Part shown: positions 50,410-63,559 of the stretch, in pieces
Numbering within the stretch: the first letter of the stretch is position 1
How the letters are laid out: every line of letters starts with the position of its first letter
NCBI RefSeq assembly: GCF_036321535.1
Contig: NC_087436.1
Location: forward strand, 105,960,001-106,024,000
Length of the DNA stretch: 64,000 bases
Source of the DNA: Camelus dromedarius
Lineage: Eukaryota
Reading direction: 5' to 3'
Made by a program: the position numbers and the translations under genes
The notes under the pieces: model-generated
Databases searched by the model: none
The model's input: only the letters and a program-made list of their open reading frames with translations
What the model was told of the DNA's origin: nothing

Positions 50410-50610
50410 GAAGAGCTTTTAAGTTACAGCTGGGGCTACATTTGGCATCATGCTTTCTTAGCTTTGTGATCTTGGACAGGTAATTTATTTCTCTAAACCT
50501 CAGTTTTCTCATCTGTGAAAGAACAGTAATACCTCCTGAGTAGAGGTGATCTGAGGATAAGTGAGGCAGTGCTTGTAAGGACAGAGTGAGTGCTCAGAAA
50601 GAGTAACTGT
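50410..50610 (+). mobile_element. MIR SINE
   Basis: TGTGATCTTGGACAGGT...CCTCAGTTTTCTCATCTGTGAAA. Confidence 0.75.
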
Positions 50611-51109
50611 TACATTGTCGGAGGAATGAGCAGGTGTCTGTGCGCTGGGAGGTCTTTCTGACTCCCCCTCCCCCACCCTCTACAGATGCCCTTGAGGGAG
50701 CACCTGGGGCACCCGGACCTACCTCTGTGGAGCCCTTGTCTCATGATGCTGTCATTTATCTACATATCTGTCTGTCCCACAACACCACCTGTTCCTACAG
50801 GTTAGAGACGAAGTTCTACCCAGCTTTATGCCCTCAGTACCTGTCACCGGGTCTGGTAAATAACTGCTCAACTACTGTTCAGCTGTTGTTTGGATGAATG
50901 AATAAGCGAATGGCTTTATCCGACTTGTCTTGCAAAAACCTAGAGGGCAGAAGCTGTTGATCCTCTGTCGGTGGCGTGGGGTGACAGAGTAGAGTTGGAC
51001 TTTAATTTTTTTGGCCTTTTCCCAAGTGACAAATCGGGAAGTGATTATTTTCTTTGTAAAACTTCTTTATAGAATTTATAAAAAGGGATTTGGAGAGTGC
51101 AGAAACTTT

Positions 51110-51650
51110 TGGGAATGCAATTAAACAATATAAAGAACCTTAAAAATGCTCATCACCTTTGATCCAACAATTTTACTTTTGAAATTATTTCCTAAGGTAA
51201 TAATTGAAAAGTTCAGACAGAACTTTTTGCACCAAGTTGTTCAGGGAAGCATTATTTGTAACAGCAGAAAGTTGGAAAAAAAAAAAAGCCAACTATTTAA
51301 GTTTTCTTTGATGATTAAGTTATTTAACCATCAAAGGAGTATGATTCAGTATATTTTGGTATACACATATATTGGAATAAGATGTAGCCATTAAAAATGA
51401 TGTTGACGAGAATTGTAATAGCATGGACAACAGATGTATGTAAGTGAAATGAGTGATACATGGAAATTTATATGTATTAAAATATAGAAGTAAAATATAT
51501 GCATGTTTAACAATAATTGCTTCCATAACCCTAACCCTAACCTTAACCCTAGCCCTAATTATTACTGTAACAATACTAGGTGATTACTTTCTCCATATTT
51601 TTCTGTCCTTACAATAAATATTTATTAATTTTATCATCAGAAAGACAAAA
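51110..51650 (+). mobile_element. Old L1ME-type 3' end
   Basis: CCTTTGATCCAACAATTTTACTT...ATTTCCTAAGG, GCATTATTTGTAACAGCAGAAA and TGTAGCCATTAAAAATGATG. Confidence 0.7.
51526..51558. repeat. Short interstitial telomeric repeat (TAACCC)n
   Basis: TAACCC TAACCC TAACCT TAACCC TAGCCC TAA. Confidence 0.8.
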
Positions 51651-52699
51651 CCTCTAAAAATTTAGTTTTCATAATCCATTTAAAGAGAGGCACTGGGCCC
51701 AATTCTCAGTGTGCATTTCAGGAGGAAGGATGCTAGCTTCAGGTGCCCCGCCACCATCCCCAACCCCTCCCAGGAGCCGACAGGTCAATGTGCCCAAAGT
51801 GACACAGTGACACAAAACTCCTGCTGACAGGGAGGGGAAACGCTGCCCCTCGGATCTCACCTCTTGGAACAGGACGCAAAATACCAGGGAAAAGGTACTC
51901 AGGAGATGAGAACAAAAGAGTCCCCGAGGAGAGGGCTGAAAAGACAGATTGAGAGAAGGATGTGGAAAGCAGACAATATTAGGGGGTATGAGGGATGGTG
52001 GTAGAGGAACGGGAAAAATAGGAAGAAGTTGAAGAGAAAGACAACTGGTGGTTTGCGGGGACTTTAGAGAAAGCCCGCAATTAGTCCCTTTCATTGTTCC
52101 AGGCCTCCACTGTATTTTGATAAGATAGTAATTGATAGGTGCTTTGCTTTTATTTATTTACTTATTTTTACTTAGCAGTGGTATCATTAGGCAATAAATA
52201 TATGGGCATATCCACCTGACTTCTGTCTCCAGGAAGCATTTGTAATTCAAATTGGAAACAAGACCAATTTTTCCTCCCATGTATCTCTGTCACCTTGAGC
52301 AGCTGGTTTGTACTGAGCCGGGAATCTCAGCACTGGGTGATGGACTGTCTTGTGACTGTTGTCTACACACAAACACTTTGTTTTCCTAAATAAAGGATCC
52401 TCCGAAAGTTACCCTAGTGCTTATGGCTGAGTGCTGAGGGATAGGATTCAGAAATACCGTCTATATTTTATTCTGAGACCTTCCGGGCATGGCTTTGAGG
52501 GATCACTTTTTCCTACTTTGAACCAATCCATGAAATGGGAATGCCTTGCCAACATTTGTCACTGGCTGGCCTTTACAAAGGCTTCTAGTATCGGTGAGAG
52601 GAACTTGAGAGAGGAGAGAGGGAGACGGGAGACAAAAAGGCAAGAAGGAGCAAGGAAGGAAAGGGCTGAGTGCAGTGGAAAGAAAATTGCTTTTGGCAT

Positions 52700-52880
52700 C
52701 ACGTACCTGTAGGCTGGACTCTTCTTAGCTCAGCCACTTACCTAAGGACCTGGTAAAATCACTTGACTTCTAGGAGTCTCAGTTTCCTCATCTATGAATG
52801 AGGATAATCACACCTAATTCCAGGGTTATTATGGAGATTAAATGACATAATATGCGCCAACACCTGACACTAGGCGGTCA
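52700..52880 (+). mobile_element. MIR SINE
   Basis: GTCTCAGTTTCCTCATCTATGAATGAGGATAAT...GAGATTAAATGACATAAT. Confidence 0.75.
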
Positions 52881-53859
52881 TTTATGTGACTCCCTCTTCC
52901 GTTTATTGATGGCTTTCCTTATGCCAGGAATTATGCTAAGTGATTTCCAGGGCCCCTGCCTAGTAATTTAGACAGACAACTCCCATTATTTCCTCCGAAC
53001 GCAATAAAGTTGTTTGGAGTATATCCTGATAAGTAATTGCTTCCTTTAATGATACTCTTGTGGAATACAATATGGAAACCTCTGAAGGTTCTTATTCTTG
53101 AAACTAATTTTTAAGTACAAGTGCTTACAATTAGTCTTGCCTTGGCGTGATTTGTAGCATACCAAAAAGCCCTGGGTTTCTAAATATAGAAGTCAAATAC
53201 CTTGAATCCTCTGAAAGCCAAATCAAAAAACCTTACCCCAAAGGGGGATATGGTCGCCCTGTTCTTCAACATGACTGTGTATCACGACATGGGGAATGCT
53301 GTCGTTCAGTTAATGAGTGTCCCAGGAAGGGAAGTGTTTGATTTGTTAATAACCCACCCCCCTACACACCCCCACCCCAATACCCATTATAGTACATAAG
53401 GAAATGTCTTGGAAAAACAAACTCAGTAATTAAAAAAAAAAAACAAACCCAAACCTTGTGGATGGTAATGCTTGGATGGTGGAGTGCTTTGCTAAGCTTA
53501 TGTTTAAAAATTTCCCATGCAAATAGAAAAAGGACAAAAATCAGAGCATTTGCTGAGATTCCTGGAATTCTACCTTAGTTGTTCTCCAGGCTGTCGAGTC
53601 CTGGGATAGAGGCATTATCAGGAATGCACCTGCTTTTGACTGTGATAAACATTTCTTGGGCATCATGTCTTTTAATCCTCACAAGGTCTCTGGTAGTGTT
53701 TTTTTCAGTAATTGAAGAAAATGGGCCACAGAGAGGTTATTTGACCTTCTGAAGGCTACGCTGATTTGGTTCATCAACAAGCTGGAATGAGAGCCAAGCT
53801 TATACTTGGGGCCTCAGTGTCCTAATACAAAAAATGGGCATAATCACGCTTACTTTATA

Positions 53860-54031
53860 CCAGCAGCAGCAGCATCACAAGGGAACTTGATAGTGGTGCA
53901 AAATCCTACCAATGCATCCCAGACCTCCTGAATCAGAGACTCTGGGGTGAAATGCAGCAATCTGTGCTTTAACAACTCCTCCAGGTGATTCTGATTCTGC
54001 CCTCTTCCTCCCCCTCATTGAGAACCACTAG
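53860..54031. mobile_element. MER5A hAT-Charlie MITE
   Basis: CAGCATCAC...CCCAGACCTCCTGAATCAGAGACTCTGGGG...CCAGGTGATTCTGAT...TTGAGAACCACTAG. Confidence 0.85.
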
Positions 54032-54623
54032 GCCAATAGTTTCTTTTGCACTGACTTCTCTCCTGGTAACTATTTCATAGGCCCAGCGGCTTTTGACTCT
54101 ACAGTGCAGTCTGCAGACCAGGTGCTCAAGAGTTTTGATTTTTGCTTTGCTGCTCTCCCTTATCCTCTGCCTCTGGTAAGATTGAGAAGCTCTTTATATC
54201 ACAGGATCCTTGGCAGAAAAATGGGGAGAATGGAATCAAAATATTTGTAAAGAATTATAAAAGGATTAGGAAAAATTTTACAGACTGAATATTTGGAACA
54301 AACGTGGAATAGTGATTTGTGAATGGATCATGAAACTTAGAGATGGTAAATAATACATTACATTGATTTTTAATGTTTCAAACGTATTTGGAGTTTTTGA
54401 AATGTCAGAAAGATGGGAAGATAGAAAATGTCATTGGTTCATATCCCTATCATATTTTTAACTCTGAAAGTATTTTCTTACCATTATTTTATTTTAGACT
54501 CATTATGATTATTTCAGATGGTAGAAAGGCAAGAGATTGTCTTTAGTGCACAGATGAGGAAACTGAGGCTCAGTGACACCAGGCTAATTTCTGAACTTTA
54601 CACTTGAGAAAATTAATTAACAG

Positions 54624-54847
54624 AGGCTATGGCCCTTCCTCTATAGATTTCATTAACCCCCCAGGCTATGGCCCTTCCTCTATAGATTTCATTAACCCCC
54701 CAGGCTATGGCCCTTCCTCTGTAGATTTCATTAACCCCCCAGGCTATGGCCCTTCCTCTATAGATTTCATTAACCCCCCAGGCTATGGCCCTTCCTCTAT
54801 AGATTTCATTAACCCTCTAGGCTATGGCCCTTCCTCTATAGATTTCA
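54624..54847. repeat. 39-bp minisatellite (VNTR), 5.7 copies
   Basis: Unit AGGCTATGGCCCTTCCTCTATAGATTTCATTAACCCCCC starts at 54624, 54663, 54702, 54741, 54780 and 54819 (partial). Only three substitutions in the whole array. Confidence 0.98.
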
Positions 54848-55459
54848 CCACTTGTACATTATGTATTTTGGGGAGCATAGATGTTCGTTTATATTCCAGT
54901 TTTGCCTTGTACCGATTAGTGTAAATGATTTTACAACTCTTTAGCTACTGTTCTTTGTTAAGTTTCATACACACACACAATAAGAGGTGCACTCTGGGTT
55001 CTTGTGCATATTGAAATAAGTGGTAAGTGATAAAACACAAGGCAAAGACTTTTCATTCATTCATTCATTCATTCAACAAATGTTTATTGAGAGTTTGCTT
55101 TGCGTCAGATACTGGGTTGAATCTGTGTTTACAGTCATAAGCACAGCCAGCCTCCATTGGATTAATATTGTCATTTCATCATCTCCACGTATGTGGCCTT
55201 TATTAATGCAGGAAGTCCTGTGAAGTAGACCTGCTCAGCCTCCTTCTCTCCTTGGGATCATCCTAGAGGCACCTCTGAGGACCAGCTTTAGAGCCACTGA
55301 TCCACAGAGAGCCTCAGTCATATGAGGTAGTCAGTGGTGGTTTGGAAAGATGTACATTATAGTAGAGATGTAACTGACATGTTGGGGGAAAGTACTTTAT
55401 ATACATTAGGAAGCCTGCTTCGTGGTGGAACTTCCTTAGACATGAAGATTCAAGAAACA

Positions 55460-55900
55460 AGTATTCATTCATTTATTCAGCAAGTATCTTTGAGACGCTG
55501 CTACAGGCTAGAAACTGTCCTGGGGTTGGGACTACAGCAGTGAGCAAGATGGGCAAGTTCATGGTCCTTATGGAGCTTGTTTTCCAGATAAGAAAAGGAA
55601 TAAGTAAATTATGCACTGCAGGGCTAGGAGATGGCATGTGACTGTCTAGGCATGGGGAAGAGTGGCTTGTTAGGGTCGGGGTGTCAGGGGAGGCCTCTTA
55701 GAGGAGGGGAGATAGGAGCTGAGATGCGGATGCTGTGAAGGGGCCACTCAGTCTGAAAACTAAGAACGGACATTGCAGGGAAGAGCACCGTAAACGTAGA
55801 GGCTCCAAGAAGGGAACAGGCTTGGGCAGCGTGGCTGAAGAGTGTCCTACTGAATGGACATTGTGCTGGGCAGTGTGAGGCTGGGTGAGGTTCTATTGAG
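55460..55900 (-). mobile_element. L2 fragment
   Basis: ATTCATTCATTTATTCAGCAAGTAT tail, TCAGGGGAGGCCTCTTAGAGGAGG and CATTGCAGGGAAGAG. Confidence 0.7.
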
Positions 55901-56330
55901 AAGTGGGCAAAAACAAAATAAAAGATTTGGTCTCTACCTTCAAGAAGAGTACACAGCATGAGCAGTTATATCAGAGCAATCAAAGATGAGGCTACATGGC
56001 TGTCTTTAAATGTACATTTAAGATGCACTAAGGAATTTGGAGAAAGTGAACATCGGTGGAGGGTTCAGAGAGGGGATCATGACAGAAGGACCAGTGGACA
56101 GGAGAAAAGAGAAGGGGACCCTTCTAGAGGGGACATCAACTGGAGAGACTGTACCAGGAGTCAAGTGGAGAAGGTGGCCTGCCGTGGAGTGAGGTGGCCT
56201 CATGGAAGATGAGCACCTGTGATCTGAAGCCAGGTTGCTTGGCGTGAACTGCCAGCTCCACTGTGCAGTTGGGGGCTTTATGTGTGTTGGTCTCCTCGTT
56301 TGTAAAGTAAGCGTCATAATAGTGTCTATG

Positions 56331-56866
56331 TGTTCTTGTTCTCTACTGCATAGCAATCTTCCCCTAAACTTGGTGGCTTAAAATGTCAATTTATTGTTCC
56401 CTCTCACAGTTTTGTGGGTTCGCTGGGATCTGCTGAGTGGTCTGGCGTGGGGATCCTCATGCAGTTAGTTAGACACAGGCTGGGGCAGGAGTCAAGTGAA
56501 GGCTCTGCTGAACTGAGTAGGCAAGGTGGCGTCTTCATTTGCATGTCTGGCACCTGGGCTGGGGTGGGTGCAGCAGCAGATGGCTGGCTGGGCGTTTCCC
56601 CTCCCCCACCCCACCCTGGGACCTCTTCCTATGACCAGCTTGGGTTTCCTTCTTGCATGACAATTCTCAGGGAGCTCAGCTAACTTCCCCCAGAACACGT
56701 GTTCCGAAACAGAAAATGGAAATATGCATGGTGTCATTCCTGGTGCACTCTGTTGGTCAGAACAATCACATACCAGCTCACATATAAGGGGACAAAGAGC
56801 CCACGTCTCAAGGGGAGAAATGTCAAAGAATTTGTAGCCATCTGTGGCCATTTTTATTCTGCCACA
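56331..56866 (-). mobile_element. MLT1H-like MaLR solo LTR inserted in a MIR
   Basis: TG...CCACA ends and TSD CTATG/CTATT. Motifs CCTAAACTTGGTGGCTTAAAA and CATGTCTGGCACCTGGGCTGGG. Confidence 0.82.
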
Positions 56867-57176
56867 CTATTTGATGGATGGTTAGCAGAGAGCATGTAGC
56901 AATGTGCAGGGAACACAGAACACATTCAGTCATGTTAACTCTCATGGTGATGGTGATAAGGGAGGGCCTTGAAAGCCAGCAGGAGATGAGTAGGACAACC
57001 CTGATGGAATGGCAGGGTCATCTGAAATCCTTGTGTGGGGATGGTGGGAGAGGGGAGTAGGAGGGAAAACTCACTCCTTCGTTTCTGCACACTTGCAATG
57101 AAGCTTTTTTAAAATTTTGAATTTTTTTCTTAAGTTAGTTGCTCTCATAGGTGATGAATGTCTCTTGTGCATCTAC

Positions 57177-57690
57177 TTCATTCATTCATTCATTCATTCA
57201 TTCATTTGATCTTGGCGAGCTTTCAAATGTTCCATGTTGCACTGAGTACTAGGTGAAGAGGACCCAGTCTTTGCCCATGGGGGAGCAAAATTTTAAATAA
57301 ATACTCACCAATAATTAATTATTTGTGATTGTGCTGAGGGCCCCAGGAGATCATAATGAGGCACCTAGCCAAGCCTCTGCTGATGACATTCAACCTGAAA
57401 CAGGAAGAGTAAGGAGGAGTTGCTAGGTAAAGAGCCCCGGGAGGAGGACCCAGGGCAAGCAAAGGCTGAAAGTGGAATGGAGCTTGGGGAACTCAGAAAC
57501 CTGAGTGGTGGCCCTTGTGGTGACACAGTGGGTTGCGGGGCCAGTGGCAGGAGCTGGAGCTGGCCTGGCCGGTTGGACCCCATCGGGCAGGGCGTCAAAG
57601 GCTAGTTAAGGACTGCAGATTTTATCCTAAGGGTAATGGGGTTCACTGGAATGATGGTATTTGAAGAGTTCCCAGAATTGCAAAGTCTTT
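57177..57690 (-). mobile_element. L2 3' region with a (TTCA)n tail
   Basis: A (TTCA)7 run, GTCTTTGCCCATGGGGGAGC and GATTTTATCCTAAGGGTAATGGG. Confidence 0.7.
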
Positions 57691-59281
57691 TTGCCTGAAG
57701 AAGAAGGGGAAAAAAAAAATCTTGAAGAGATGGGAGATGGTGTTGAGGGATGAACTTGGCTGGTTTCACTTGAACAAATAAATCACCGGTTGCCATTTAT
57801 CCCCAATCAGCAATAATCCCAGCATGCTCACCCTGGGTCAGTCTGGACAAAAGCTGCCCACTCTGCTCCTTTACACATTTGTCAGCCTGTAATAGCATCC
57901 TTATCTTAGGAAATCTCTAGATTGCTCCCCAACATAAACTGTTTGCTGGGCAGCCAGGGTCAGCGGTGCCTGCTAAGCTCGTAGGCTGACCCAGGTGCCC
58001 TGTTTGAACTGCTGAGGGTCCAGTGGAATTGAAGTGGTCCAGCCGAGGCGGTGGTGTTTACAGATACAGGTTTGGGTCTGGGACTGTAATTTCTCTGCGC
58101 CTGTGAAAACCACCTGTGCTAACCATTTCATGGACCAAATGTCCAAGCAATGCATGTAGCCAAATGGACATTGCTTTTCCTCACTGCCCTCAAAGAATCA
58201 GATCATTTAAAACAAGGTCCATTTGTGCAAGGGGCAGGATTTCTCATAGATTGGGATGGGCGGTATGGGGGAAAAACCCTTAAATTACAAAATAAAACAA
58301 AACAAAACTCATACACATGATGTTCACTTTTTTTGGTGCCAACATTGAAGCAAAGATAGCCTCCCTTGGGAAAGGAAGTTATTTCAGTGGGTAAATTACT
58401 ATAACTATGTTAGATAGGATTTAAAAGCTTTAAATATTGCGAATGTGAAGTTTGGACTGAAAAAATTCCTCCTGGTCCAAAGGGGTTAAAAATGTGGAAC
58501 ATATTTCCTCTCGTGCCTTCTTTCTTTTGTTAATGGGAACTGACATTCCCTGCAATCAAATGGGACTGAACCTAATCATATTCTCCATGACAGAAGAAAT
58601 TAAGGTCTGTGGTAGAAGACATTATAATCCTGACAGAATTTTCATGCTCTCCAAAGCCCAAATTACTCTGTTTACTAAAGTCACACGTTGGCAGATCTTT
58701 GTTTTAATGCTCTGATTTGGGGGCCTGCTAATTTCCATCTTGTGGGGAGGGGGGCAGCCTTCAGTGCTGTCAGTAACCTCCCATCATTTATCTTTTGATG
58801 TGCTTGAGCAGATGAGTGGCCGCCTCCCACAGCCCCTTCTCTAGAAGATCTCCCCCAGGCTGCATGACTTCAGGGGTTGGGCTGGCCAAAGGCAGCAGTG
58901 AGAATTGACTCATTTTGTTTTTCTCTAAGGCCCAGCATGGTTTCTTCCTTCCCAAATGATCTGTTTGGGATCTACCAGTAGTTGAGCTGTCCAGAATCTA
59001 TCCAGCAGAGTACCTGAGGTCCAACCTCATACTCTGTGTGTGTGTATGTGTATATGCATATATATAAACACATATTGATATATTTCTGATAATGGAAGCT
59101 GTCATAGTATTTGTTACTTTTCAATGATTACATCCAAAGGAAAAAGTAGAAATTGCAACTATAGTATTTGGTTACACATATGTGAGGGGGGATATTGAAC
59201 ATGTTGCGTATGACCAGTCAAAGTGGATGCTGCAACCAACCAGGATGGATGTCTGTGTACACAGCTGGTACAGCGGTGGTC

Positions 59282-59497
59282 AGAGGTGGGCTGGTACATG
59301 TTTAACAAGTGACTCTCCCCAAAAAGGCTCCAAAACTAAGCCCTGACTCATAGTGCATGTCAATTTCTATGCTATAAATACTCCCACCGCAGTCAGTTTC
59401 AAGCCACCAATATGATGTCAACGGGCTTGCAAAATTCCTGCAAATTTAACAATCAGCTCTTGCAAAAGCCAACATAAGGCAGCTCCAGTACACTGCT
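59282..59497. mobile_element. MER63-like hAT-Blackjack element
   Basis: GGGCTGGTACATGTTTAACAA...ATAAATACTCCCACC...TTGCAAAATTCCTGCAAATTTAACAATCAGCTCT...GCTCCAGTACACTGCT. Confidence 0.75.
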
Positions 59498-59533
59498 CTC
59501 TGAAGGAGGTACACACCAGTTTAATATTACCCT

Positions 59534-59537
<4 letters not shown>

Positions 59538-59567
<30 letters not shown>
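59538..59567. repeat. (CA)n microsatellite
   Basis: About 14 uninterrupted CA units. Confidence 0.95.
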
Positions 59568-59569
<2 letters not shown>

Positions 59570-62500
59570 TACACATGCATTCAAGAGATCCTTTTCTCCC
59601 TCCAAAAAAATTGAAGTTAAAAATGACATATAAGAACAAGTCAGCTGGGAATAAAGTGTCTGAAGTGTTACCAGATGAGCCATCAGGGTTGTCAAGAGGA
59701 AAGCTACAGTGTGATTATTTTCTGCTTCTCCATTGTAGTGAAGCAACAATTCAAGCTTCGTTTTCAAAATGCATTTCTCACCAAATATTTTTTTTTCAAA
59801 TACACTTCATCTGAAGGGAGAAAATAATTTTATACCCCGATCACCAGTGAAGCTAGCTTGAAAGTCACCAATTTAAAGAACCATTTTCAGATGTAATATG
59901 TGGACAAAATAAGCAGAGGCTGTAATCAGGAAATTCTGCATGAGAGCAAATGGATTTGAGCTGATTTTAACCCTGTGGGTAACGAATTCTCCAGCATTGT
60001 AGTTGGAATAATTCCTTGCAAGGTTTCTTGGGGCAGCTATGTTCTAAAAATGGTTGATGCTTCTATTAGGTCAGTGTTCTCTATTAATCCACGATCTATT
60101 TTAGAAGGAAAAACAATCCCATGCAGCCAGGGAGATTTTTGATTTGAGCACTTCATTGCTCTTTCTTTTACGGACAAGTCCAGAGTTGCTCCTTGCAAGC
60201 GTCGTCCTTACAAAGAATTCTAATAGGCATCCTGCTGAGTGTTGTCTGTTCTTAAGTCTCTTTTCATTTGAATGGGAGAGAAATAGCAGTCAGTTGAAAT
60301 GCTGGTCTCTTTGGCAGTGGCCTTTGCAGAGTTAAACAATATAGAACAATGTCCATCATCATACATTACGACTAAATCATTTCAGTCAAGTTGCATATAG
60401 CAGATAGAGGGTGATTTTTGCATTGTACAAGCTTCTGACAAATATTTCCCTATCCATCCATGAACATCTCTATTGGTGCCTCTCTGGGTTCTGGAATAGT
60501 GGTTACGGCAGGAGATGGCTGTGAATAAATAAAAGTCAGAGATAGCCTTGTGTTGTCCTTTTTGCCTTCATTTCTTTATCTACTGAGATTAGTTTCTGAT
60601 TCCCACTTGGGAGAAAATAATACAATACCGACTAGTGGAAAACCTGTCTTCAGTTATATTTAGCAGGGAAATGAGTCAAACTGTTGAGGGGCTGCCAGCT
60701 TCATCATTATAGGATTGTGCATTTTAATGGGACAGAAGTTCGAAGGCCTTTGGGTTGGATGGTTGCGTCACATGTATTTTATTTTCCCAGGCATTCTGAG
60801 GCCTGGAATCTACCTAGCTGTTAAAAGCCAGGTGTTGGGTGACCTCTGTTTCTTTTTGCTTCATTGTAATCACTTGATCCTTCTTACACGGTATCGTTTA
60901 GGATGAGGGAATCGACACCAGCAAATTTAATTCGAAGGGCACCTCTATTTTGGAAGCTTTACATGATGACTTAGCAGAGAAGTGAATTTCCTCTCCTTTG
61001 GAGCTTGCTTAGATAATTCAGGCTTGCACAAAGAGGAGTCAGGCCCTACATTTGGCAACTCTTTGTCAGTACAGCTGGGACGAGGGGAGAGAAAACGGGG
61101 GCCTGGATATCTTGGTGGCCTTGTGAGGCTGATTTCTGGGGACTGCTGGAAAAGCGCTGTAATTTTAGAGGACTACCAGGGCTGGCTGACTGGGAGTCAT
61201 TTTCTGGCCACTGATACTGTTTGCACAAGCACAGTTTTTGTCAAAATAACAAACAGGTATCCCGAAGTTTATTACCTAGCTTCTGTAGTTGTCTATGTGT
61301 GTTTCTCTTGGCTGCCATCCGTAAATCTGGATGATCCCTCCAGGACATGCGGAGAAGCACGCTTATGGAAAGCCTTTACATGTATTCCCAGTAGCTTCTC
61401 TGAGCTTTTTGCAAGGGAGACACCTGTTTACCGGCTTAAGCATCAAAACCCATCACTCTGTTTTTATATAAGAGTGCCCATTGCCTTCAAAGGATGTTCA
61501 TTACCTGGCAAAATATTTTCAAGCTCCTAATGCTAAAATATGTATCAGAAGTGTCAAAAAGAGTGACGGTCCTTCTAAATGCATTGCTATATGGTGAAAA
61601 GAAAGAGAGAAAGAGGAGTGTATATATCATGACTAATAATGGATGTGAAGGTTGTCTGCTTTCTGCTGGACCTGACTAAGGAAAAGTAAGTCTAGGAGAA
61701 TAGAATCTGTGAGGCATATTAGTAATGGTGTTGTATTTATTTGTTGTGAAAGCTCTGTTATTTCTTCTGGAGTGAAAAAAAGACGCAGCATTTTCTTCCT
61801 TCATTTTTACGATGTCAAAGATAGAGGATGATTTCAGAAAACATTGCGTAAACCTGCCGGAAACAAAACGCCTCAAGAAAGTTGAAGAGAGGTTGTGGTA
61901 GTCGTTCACAGCAAATAAACGTTTTCTAAGGAAATCCGTTATTTAGAAATCGAAGTTTTACCAAATAAATGAAAAGAAGCCCGCTCTGGTGTTGCCCTAA
62001 ATGGTGCGTTCTCCTGGTGCTGTCACCATCCAGTGTTAGTCGTCCCAGTTGTCTCAGGGTCGTGTTTTCTGGATGCTTTGTCTTACATAACGTGAGAGAC
62101 ACCGGGGTCCAGAATGACTCGCAATTGTCTCTCTTTTTGATGAGCCACCTTTTGGGGCAAAAAACACGAAACAGTAACAAAAAAAAAAAAAAAAAAAAGA
62201 ATTGCTATGAAATCAGAGATATCCCTGTGGATAGAAATAGGTACTTTAGAGAAAAGTAAGATATCCTTCTTTGAGTGCATTCAACTCATTCTGCAACAAT
62301 TTAATGGGAGGGGAAAATTTCTTTTAGACCCCAGATGTCTGCCTTGAGTTATGAGTATCAATAACATTAGCCATAACTGCAGGTAGAACTGTTACTGGTA
62401 TAAACATACAGTTCTATTAAAAATAAAGCTCACTGAGCTACTTGGGAAAAGAGTATCTACAGCAGTGAATCCCCAAAGCTAATTGTGTTATGTTAAAAGC

Positions 62501-63559
62501 ACTCCCTCAACCCATTAATATTTTTTTTCTCTTTAATTTCATGGAGTATTTCCTTGGTCTTGCGTTGTGGCACAAGGTAACTGAGAGTATCCATCTGGCA
62601 TATTCATGAAGCCTCACTTATTAATTTCTTCATTCGTACTTTTTATCTTTCCTGACACTTCTTTGTTTTCACAATGAAGTAACTCTCATCTCAGGACAAA
62701 CTAGGTCTTTTCTCAAGTGAATGACTTCATTTCTGATCTCCTTTTTTTACTTCTCTGCTCTGGATTAATTTTTTTTTTCCCAGTCTGGAATGATCTCCCT
62801 GTTCCTCTCCATCCACGGAAATAGTATTTACCCTTGAAGGTGATGCTCAGATCCTACCTTGTCTGGCACTTTATTGGCTGGGTTCTTAATGTGGCACGGC
62901 CAGCGATCCTTAGTTATCTCTTTTGTGTTTGCAAATTCATCAACCCGATTGCAGTTTCTGGAGAGAAGGAATTCAGGGGCTCCCCAGATTACACATCCTC
63001 AGTTTAATCAGTATTTGGTGTTTGATTTAGTAAAGACTATTCTGACAATAACAGAGACAAAGATAGCACATAAAGCTGGGCTTAGGCCATAGCCTAATAA
63101 TACTTTCTGTGTATTGTTCGATGCTTTTAAAAAGATGCTGCACATGGTTTATTGGCACTTTTGATGATGCCAGGCTAGGAGGAGGCGTTCTCATGAAACT
63201 GTCTGCTGGGATGCTTGTAGCCTTCTGTGAGGAAGTTATCACTTATTCTGGACCAGTCAAGATACACAAAAACAGCAGGGCGAAAACATTTCCTTTGCCT
63301 TTTCTGATGCTACTTTGGATCATGGATTACTCAAATTTGTTACTTCTCTTTTTTCCCTTCTGGTTCTACCTTAACTTCAAGTTGAGGGGTTTGAACTATT
63401 TTCACAGGTCTAAGAGCCCTTAGGCCATATCTTGTGTAGTCCTCTCATTTCACAGATAAAGAAATTGAGGCACAGAGAGATGTACTAAGATGCCCAGGCT
63501 GGGCCAGGCTAAGGCCTTCTCCAGTCTACATGCACTCTCCGGTCACCAGCTACCTGCAT

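Noticed and set aside
54624..54847. CRISPR-like array
   Set aside because: The units are head-to-tail with no unique spacers, there are no cas genes, and the context is mammalian. It is a minisatellite.
60982..61530. 182-aa ORF
   Set aside because: It has a non-ATG (GTG) start, no recognisable domain and no clear exon boundaries. One ORF of this length is plausible by chance in 64 kb.
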